Positions 54,901 through 64,000 of a DNA stretch of 64,000 bases are shown in pieces (the stretch's first letter is position 1; each line of letters starts with the position of its first letter). Origin of the DNA: Euprymna scolopes. Its lineage: Eukaryota. Position numbers and translations under genes: made by a program. The notes under the pieces were generated by a model, which saw only the letters and a program-made list of their open reading frames with translations, searched no databases and was not told the DNA's origin. The stretch lies in NCBI GenBank assembly GCA_053919585.1, contig CM132809.1; one strand, written 5' to 3'.

Positions 54901-57900
54901 GGACAGAAATACTCCAATTGTTCCAAGGAATGCTCCAATTCTTCCAAGGAATATGACTTTTCCTCAGTGTTAGTACTCATATGCATCGGTAGATTTGATT
55001 TCTCAGGACAGGAATACTCCAATTGTTCCAAGGAATATGACTTTTCCGCAGTGTTAGTACTCATATGCATCGGTAGATTTGATTTCTCAGGACAGGAATA
55101 CTCCAATTGTTCCAAGGAATATGACTTTTCCTCAGTGTTACTACTCATATGCATCGGTAGATTTGATTTCTCAGGACAGGAATACTCCAATTGTTCCAAG
55201 GAATATGACTTTTCCTCAGTGTTACTACTCATATGCATCGATAGATTTGATTTCTCAGGACAGGAATACTCCAATTGTTCCAAGGAATGCTCCAATTCTT
55301 CCAAGGAATATGACTTTTCCTCAGTGTTAGTACTCATATGCATCGGTAGATTTGATTTCTCAGGACAGAAATACTCCAATTGTTCCAAGGAATATGACTT
55401 TTCCTTAGTATTACTACTCATATGCATCGATAGATTTGATTTCTCAGGACAGGAATACTCCAATTCTTCCAAGGAATATGACTTTTCCGCAGTGTTACTA
55501 CTCATATGCATCGATAGATTTGATTTCTCAGGACAGAAATACTCCAATTGTTCCAAGGAATGCTCCAATTCTTCCAAGGAATATGACTTTTCCTCAGTGT
55601 TAGTACTCATATGCATCGGTAGATTTGATTTCTCAGGACAGGAATACTCCAATTGTTCCAAGGAATATGACTTTTCCGCAGTGTTAGTACTCATATGCAT
55701 CGGTAGATTTGATTTCTCAGGACAGGAATACTCCAATTGTTCCAAGGAATATGACTTTTCCTCAGTGTTACTACTCATATGCATCGGTAGATTTGATTTC
55801 TCAGGACAGGAATACTCCAATTGTTCCAAGGAATATGACTTTTCCTCAGTGTTACTACTATTATGCATCGATAGATTTGATTTCTCAGGACAGGAATACT
55901 CCAATTGTTCCAAGGAATGCTCCAATTCTTCCAAGGAATATGACTTTTCCGCAGTGTTAGTACTCATATGCATCGGTAGATTTGATTTCTCAGGACAGGA
56001 ATACTCCAATTGTTCCAAGGAATATGACTTTTCCTCAGTGTTACTACTCATATGCATCGATAGATTTGATTTCTCAGGACAGGAATACTCCAATTACTCC
56101 AAGGAATACTCCAATTGTTCCAAGGAATATGACTTTTCCGCAGTGTTAGTACTCATATGCATCGGTAGATTTGATTTCTCAGGACAGGTATACTCCAATT
56201 GTTCCAAGGAATATGACTTTTCCTCAGTGTTACTACTCATATGCATCGGTAGATTTGATTTCTCAGGACAGGAATACTCCAATTGTTCCAAGGAATATGA
56301 CTTTTCCTCAGTGTTACTACTCATATGCATCGATAGATTTGATTTCTCAGGACAGAAATACTCCAATTGTTCCAAGGAATGCTCCAATTCTTCCAAGGAA
56401 TATGACTTTTCCGCAGTGTTAGTACTCATATGCATCGGTAGATTTGATTTCATAGGACAGGAATACTCCAATTGTTCCAAGGAATATGACTTTTCCTCAG
56501 TGTTACTACTCATAGGCATCGATAGATTTGATTTCTCAGGACAGGAATACTCCAATTGTTCCAAGGAATATGACTTTTCCTCAGTGTTACTACTCATATG
56601 CATCGGTAGATTTGATTTCTCAGGACAGAAATACTCCAATTGTTCCAAGGAATGCTCCAATTCTTCCAAGGAATATGACTTTTCCTCAGTGTTAGTACTG
56701 ATATGCATCGGTAGATTTGATTTCTCAGGACAGGAATACTCCAATTGTTCCAAGGAATATGACTTTTCCTCAGTGTTACTACTCATATGCATCGGTAGAT
56801 TTGATTTCTCAGGACAGGAATACTCCAATTGTTCCAAGGAATATGACTTTTCCTCAGTGTTACTACTCATATGCATCGATAGATTTGATTTCTCAGGACA
56901 GGAATACTCCAATTGTTCCAAGGAATGCTCCAATTCTTCCAAGGAATATGACTTTTCCGCAGTGTTAGTACTCATATGCATCGGTAGATTTGATTTCTCA
57001 GGACAGGAATACTCCAATTGTTCCAAGGAATATGACTTTTCCTCAGTGTTACTACTCATATGCATCGATAGATTTGATTTCTCAGGACAGGAATACTCCA
57101 ATTACTCCAAGGAATACTCCAATTGTTCCAAGGAATATGACTTTTCCGCAGTGTTAGTACTCATATGCATCGGTAGATTTGATTTCTCAGGACAGGTATA
57201 CTCCAATTGTTCCAAGGAATATGACTTTTCCTCAGTGTTACTACTCATATGCATCGGTAGATTTGATTTCTCAGGACAGGAATACTCCAATTGTTCCAAG
57301 GAATATGACTTTTCCCCAGTGTTACTACTCATATGCATCGATAGATTTGATTTCTCAGGACAGAAATACTCCAATTGTTCCAAGGAATGCTCCAATTCTT
57401 CCAAGGAATATGACTTTTCCGCAGTGTTAGTACTCATATGCATCGGTAGATTTGATTTCTAAGGACAGGAATACTCCAATTGTTCCAAGGAATATGACTT
57501 TTCCTCAGTGTTACTACTCATAGGCATCGATAGATTTGATTTCTCAGGACAGGAATACTCCAATTGTTCAAAGGAATATGACTTTTCCTCAGTGTTACTA
57601 CTCATATGCATCGGTAGATTTGATTTCTCAGGACAGGAATACTCCAATTGTTCCAAGGAATATGACTTTTCCTCAGTGTTAGTACTCATAGGCATCGGTA
57701 GATTTGATTTCTCAGGACAGGTATACTCCAATTGTTCCAAGGAATATGACTTTTCCTCAGTGTTACTACTCATATGCATCGGTAGATTTGATTTCTAAAG
57801 ACAGGAATACTCCAATTGTTCCAAGGAATATGACTTTTCCTCAGTGTTACTACTCATATGCATCGGTAGATTTGATTTCTCAGGACAGGTATACTCCAAT

Positions 57901-60900
57901 TGTTCCAAGGAATATGACTTTTCCTCAGTGTTACAACTCATATGCATCGGTAGATTTGATTTCTCAGGACAGGAATACTCCAATTGTTCCAAGGAATATG
58001 ACTTTTCCTCAGTGTTACTACTCATATGCATCGGTAGATTTGATTTCTCAGGACAGGAATACTCCAATTGTTCCAAGGAATATGACTTTTCCTCAGTGTT
58101 ACTACTCATATGCATCGGTAGATTTGATTTCTCAGGACAGGTATACTCCAATTGTTCCAAGGAATATGACTTTTCCTCAGTGTTACTACTCATATGCATC
58201 GGTAGATTTGATTTCTCAGGACAGGTATACTCCAATTGTTCCAAGGAATATGACTTTTCCTCAGTGTTACTACTCATATGCATCGGTAGATTTGATTTCT
58301 CAGGACAGGAATACTCCAATTGTTCCAAGGAATATGACTTTTCCTCAGTGTTACTACTCATATGCATCGGTAGATTTGATTTCTCAGGACAGGAATACTC
58401 CAATTGTTCCAAGGAATATGACTTTTCCTCAGTGTTACTACTCATATGCATCGGTAGATTTGATTTCTCAGGACAGGTATACTCCAATTGTTCCAAGGAA
58501 TATGACTTTTCCTCAGTGTTACTACTCATATGCATCGATAGATTTGATTTCTCAGGACAGGTATACTCCAATTGTTTCAAGGAATATGACTTTTCCTCAG
58601 TGTTAGTACTCATATGCATCGGTAGATTTGATTTCTCAGGACAGGAATACTCCAATTGTTCCAAGGAATATGACTTTTCCTCAGTGTTACTACTCATATG
58701 CATCGATAGATTTGATTTCACAGGACAGAAATACTCCAATTGTTCCAAGGAATATAACTTTTCCTCAGTGTTACTACTCATATGCATCGGTAGATTTGAT
58801 TTCTCAGGACAGGAATACTCCCATTGTTCCAAGGAATATGACTTTTCCTCAGTGTTACTACTCATATGCATCGATAGATTTGATTTCTCAGGACAGGTAT
58901 ACTCCAATTGTTCCAAGGAATATGACTTTTCCTCAGTGTTACTACTCATATGCATCGGTAGATTTGATTTCTCAGGACAGGAATACTCCAATTGTTCCAA
59001 GGAATATGACTTTTCCTCAGTGTTACTACTCATATGCATCGATAGATTTGATTTCTCAGGACAGGTATACTCCAATTGTTCCAAGGAATATGACTTTTCC
59101 TCAGTATTACTACTCATATGCATCGGTAGATTTGATTTCTCAGGACAGGAATACTCCAATTGTTCCAAGGAATATGACTTTTCCTCAGTGTTACTACTCA
59201 TATGCATCGGTAGATTTGATTTCTCAGGACAGGTATACTCCAATTGTTCCAAGGAATATGACTTTTCCTCAGTGTTACTACTCATATGCATCGATAGATT
59301 TGATTTCTCAGGACAGGTATACTCCAATTGTTCCAAGGAATATGACTTTTCCTCAGTGTTACTACTCATATGCATCGGTAGATTTGATTTCTCAGGACAG
59401 GAATACTCCAATTGTTCCAAGTAATATGACTTTTCCGCAGTGTTAGTACTTATATGCATCGGTAGATTTGATTTCTCAGGACAGGAATACTCCAATTGTT
59501 CCAAGGAATATGACTTTTCCTCAGTGTTACTACTCATATGCATCGATAGATTTGATTCCTCAGGACAGGTATACTCCAATTGTTCCAAGGAATATGACTT
59601 TTCCTCAGTGTTAGTACTCATATGCATCGGTAGATTTGATTTCTCAGGACAGGAATACTCCAATTGTTCCAAGGAATATGACTTTTCCTCAGTGTTACTA
59701 CTCATATGCATCGGTAGATTTGATTTCTCAGGACAGGAATACTCCAATTGTTCCAAGGAATATGACTTTTCCTCAGTGTTACTACTCATATGCATCGGTA
59801 GATTTGATTTCTCAGGACAGGTATACTCCAATTGTTCCAAGGAATATGACTTTTCCTCAGTGTTACTACTCATATGCATCGGTAGATTTGATTTCTCAGG
59901 ACGGGTATACTCCAATTGTTCCAAGGAATATGACTTTTCCTCAGTGTTAGTACTCATGTGCATCGGTAGATTTGATTTCTCAGGACAGGAATACTCCAAT
60001 TGTTCCAAGGAATATGACTTTTCCTCAGTGTTACTACTCATATGCATCGATAGATTTGATTTCTCAGGAAAGAAATACTCCAATTGTTCCAAGGAATATG
60101 ACTTTTCCTCAGTGTTAGTACTCATATGCATCGGTAGATTTGATTTCTCAGGAAAGAAATACTCCAATTGTTCCAAGGAATATGACTTTTCCTCAGTGTT
60201 ACTACTCATATGCATCGGTAGATTTGATTTCTCAGAAAAGAAATACTCCAATTGTTCCAAGGAATATGACTTTTCCTCAGTGTTACTACTCATATGCATC
60301 GATAGATTTGATTTCTCAGGAAAGAAATACTCCAATTGTTCCAAGGAATATGACTTTTCCTCAGTATTAGTACTCATATGCATCGGTAGATTTGATTTCT
60401 CAGGAAAGAAATACTCCAATTGTTCCAAGGAATATGACTTTTCCTCAGTGTTACTACTCATATGCATCGGTAGATTTGATTTCTCAGGAAAGAAATACTC
60501 CAATTGTTCCAAGGAATATGACTTTTCCTCAGTGTTACTACTCATATGCATCGATAGATTTGATTTCTCAGGACAGAAATACTCCAATTGTTCCAAGGAA
60601 TGCTCCAATTCTTCCAAGGAATATGACTTTTCCGCAGTTTTAGTACTCATATGCATCGGTAGATTTGATTTCTCAGGACAGGAATACTCCAATTGTTCCA
60701 AGGAATATGACTTTTCCTCCGTGTTACTACTAATATGCATCGATAGATTTGATGTCTCAGGACAGAAATACTCCAATTGTTCCAAGGAATGCTCCAATTC
60801 TTCCAAGCAATATGACTTTTCCTCAGTGTTAGTACTCATATGCATCGGTAGATTTGATTTCTCAGGACAGGAATACTCCAATTGTTCCAAGGAATATGAC

Positions 60901-63900
60901 TTTTTCTCAGTGTTACTACTCATATGCATCGATAGATTTTATTTCTCAGGACAGGAATACTCCAATTGTTCCAAGGAATATGACTTTTCCTCAGTGTTAC
61001 TACTCATATGCATCGGTAGATTTGATTTCTCAGGACAGGAATACTCCAATTGTTCCAAGGAATATGACTTTTCCTCAGTGTTACTACTCATATGCATCGG
61101 TAGATTTGATTTCTCAGGACAGGAATACTCCAATTGTTCCAAGGAATATGACTTTTCCTCAGTGTTACTACTCATATGCATCGGTAGATTTGATTTCTCA
61201 GGAAAGAAATACTCCAATTGTTCCAAGGAATATGACTTTTCCTCAGTGTTAGTACTCATATGCATCGGTAGATTTGATTTCTCAGGACAGGAATACTCCA
61301 ATTGTTCCAAGGAATATGACTTTTCCTCAGTGTTACTACTCATATGCATCGATAGATTTGATTTCTCAGGAAAGAAATACTCCAATTGTTCCAAGGAATA
61401 TGACTTTTCCTCAGTGTTAGTACTCATATGCATCGGTAGATTTGATTTCTCAGGAAAGAAATACTCCAATTGTTCCAAGGAATATGACTTTTCCTCAGTG
61501 TTACTACTCATATGCATCGGTAGATTTGATTTCTCAGAAAAGAAATACTCCAATTGTTCCAAGGAATATGACTTTTCCTCAGTGTTACTACTCATATGCA
61601 TCGATAGATTTGATTTCTCAGGAAAGAAATACTCCAATTGTTCCAAGGAATATGACTTTTCCTCAGTATTAGTACTCATATGCATCGGTAGATTTGATTT
61701 CTCAGGAAAGAAATACTCCAATTGTTCCAAGGAATATGACTTTTCCTCAGTGTTACTACTCATATGCATCGGTAGATTTGATTTCTCAGGAAAGAAATAC
61801 TCCAATTGTTCCAAGGAATATGACTTTTCCTCAGTGTTACTACTCATATGCATCGGTAGATTTGATTTCTCAGGAAAGAAATACTCCAATTGTTCCAAGG
61901 AATATGACTTTTCCTCAGTGTTACTACTCATATGCATCGGTAGATTTGATTTCTCAGGAAAGAAATACTCCAATTGTTCCAAGGAATATGACTTTTCCTC
62001 AGTGTTACTACTCATATGCATCGATAGATTTGATTTCTCAGGACAGGAATACTCCAATTGTTCCAAGGAATATGACTTTTCCTCAGTGTTACTACTCATA
62101 TGCATCGGTAGATTTGATTTCTCAGTAAAGAAATACTCCAATTGTTCCAAGGAATATGACTTTTCCTCAGTGTTACTACTCATATGCATCGATAGATTTG
62201 ATTTCTCAGGACAGGAATACTCCAATTGTTCCAAGGAATATGACTTTTCCTCAGTGTTACTACTCATATGCATCGGTAGATTTTATTTCTCATGACAGGA
62301 ATACTCCAATTGTTCCAAGGAATATGACTTTTCCTCAGTGTTACTACTCATATGCATCGATAGATTTGATTTCTCAGGACAGGAATACTCCAATTGTTCC
62401 AAGGAATATGACTTTTCCTCAGTGTTACTACTCATATGCATCGGTAGATTTGATTTCTCAGGAAAGAAATACTCCAATTGTTCCAAGGAATATGACTTTT
62501 CCTCAGTGTTACTACTCATATGCATCGATAGATTTGATTTCTCAGGACAGGAATACTCCAATTGTTCCAAGGAATATGACTTTTCCTCAGTGTTACTACT
62601 CATATGCATCGGTAGATTTGATTTCTCAGGAAAGAAATACTCCAATTGTTCCAAGGAATATGACTTTTCCTCAGTGTTACTACTCATATGCATCGATAGA
62701 TTTGATTTCTCAGGACAGGAATACTCCAATTGTTCCAAGGAATATGACTTTTCCTCAGTGTTACTACTCATATGCATCGGTAGATTTGATTTCTCAGGAC
62801 AGGAATACTCCAATTGTTCCAAGGAATATGACTTTTCCTCAGTGTTACTACTCATATGCATCGATAGATTTGATTTCTCAGGACAGGAATACTCCAATTG
62901 TTCAAAGGAATATGACTTTTCCTCAGTGTTACTACTCATATGCATCGGTAGATTTGATTTCTCAGGACAGGTATACTCCAATTGTTCCAAGGAATATGAC
63001 TTTTCCTCAGTGTTACTACTCATATGCATCGATAGATTTGATTTCTCAGGACAGGTATACTCCAATTGTTTCAAGGAATATGACTTTTCCTCAGTGTTAG
63101 TACTCATATGCATCGGTAGATTTGATTTCTCAGGACAGGAATACTCCAATTGTTCCAAGGAATATGACTTTTCCTCAGTGTTACTACTCATATGCATCGA
63201 TAGATTTGATTTCACAGGACAGAAATACTCCAATTGTTCCAAGGAATATAACTTTTCCTCAGTGTTACTACTCATATGCATCGGTAGATTTGATTTCTCA
63301 GGACAGGAATACTCCCATTGTTCCAAGGAATATGACTTTTCCTCAGTGTTACTACTCATATGCATCGATAGATTTGATTTCTCAGGACAGGTATACTCCA
63401 ATTGTTCCAAGGAATATGACTTTTCCTCAGTGTTACTACTCATATGCATCGGTAGATTTGATTTCTCAGGACAGGAATACTCCAATTGTTCCAAGGAATA
63501 TGACTTTTCCTCAGTGTTACTACTCATATGCATCGATAGATTTGATTTCTCAGGACAGGTATACTCCAATTGTTCCAAGGAATATGACTTTTCCTCAGTA
63601 TTACTACTCATATGCATCGGTAGATTTGATTTCTCAGGACAGGAATACTCCAATTGTTCCAAGGAATATGACTTTTCCTCAGTGTTACTACTCATATGCA
63701 TCGGTAGATTTGATTTCTCAGGACAGGTATACTCCAATTGTTCCAAGGAATATGACTTTTCCTCAGTGTTACTACTCATATGCATCGATAGATTTGATTT
63801 CTCAGGACAGGTATACTCCAATTGTTCCAAGGAATATGACTTTTCCTCAGTGTTACTACTCATATGCATCGGTAGATTTGATTTCTCAGGACAGGAATAC

Positions 63901-64000
63901 TCCAATTGTTCCAAGGAATATGACTTTTCCGCAGTGTTAGTACTTATATGCATCGGTAGATTTGATTTCTCAGGACAGGAATACTCCAATTGTTCCAAGG
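28890..64000 (-). repeat. Giant tandem array (over 35 kb, roughly 390-400 units by estimate) of an 84-bp/105-bp unit derived from a C2H2 zinc-finger repeat; continues beyond the window
   Basis: Plus-strand unit CTCATATGCATCG(G/A)TAGATTTGATTTCTCAGGACAGGAATACTCCAATTGTTCCAAGGAATATGACTTTTCC(T/G)CAGTGTTA(C/G)TA. The minus frame reads YSLEQLEYSCPEKSNL(S/P)MHMS(S/T)NT(E/A)EKS. The 105-bp variant adds 21 bp (EELEHSL). Confidence 0.97.

Noticed and set aside
30936-62285. Stop-codon reassignment or readthrough making one giant protein
   Set aside because: The stops are TAA, TAG and TGA replacing different residues (Ser, Glu, Gln, Lys) by single substitutions, which fits random mutation rather than recoding.
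28969-63940. Very long plus-strand ORFs (up to 1774 aa, LLLICIDRFDFSGQEYSNCSKEYDFSSV) and MISQDRNTPIVPRNMTFPQC ORFs
   Set aside because: These are shadow frames of an 84-bp repeat that happens to lack stops. Only the minus frame shows homology to a known domain and continuity with intact fingers.
28890-64000. CRISPR-like repeat array
   Set aside because: Units are contiguous with no unique spacers, there are no cas genes, and the context is eukaryotic.

Overview
AT-rich eukaryotic (metazoan-type) genomic DNA made up almost entirely of repeats. The first 28 kb holds decayed transposons: several non-autonomous Helitrons, four CR1/L2-type LINE relics, two fused Ty3/Gypsy relics, a BEL/Pao gag relic, hAT-like TIR elements, several minisatellites and a 150-N gap. 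One Gypsy relic has lost its RT/RNase H region and carries (TTAGGG)4 exactly at the deletion junction. From about 28.3 kb to the window end (over 35 kb, still open at 64000) runs a tandem array of an 84-bp unit plus a 105-bp variant. On the minus strand the unit is a C2H2 zinc-finger repeat that has lost three of its four zinc ligands. The array grades into three intact C2H2 fingers at its 3' end (28293-28529), carries about 26 in-frame stops, and shows nested higher-order duplications (about 0.4, 1.0, 1.3, 1.6, 4.5, 4.7 and 17 kb). The best interpretation is a satellite DNA born from a zinc-finger exon, still attached to its parent gene. No intact housekeeping genes, rRNA or CRISPR arrays were seen.
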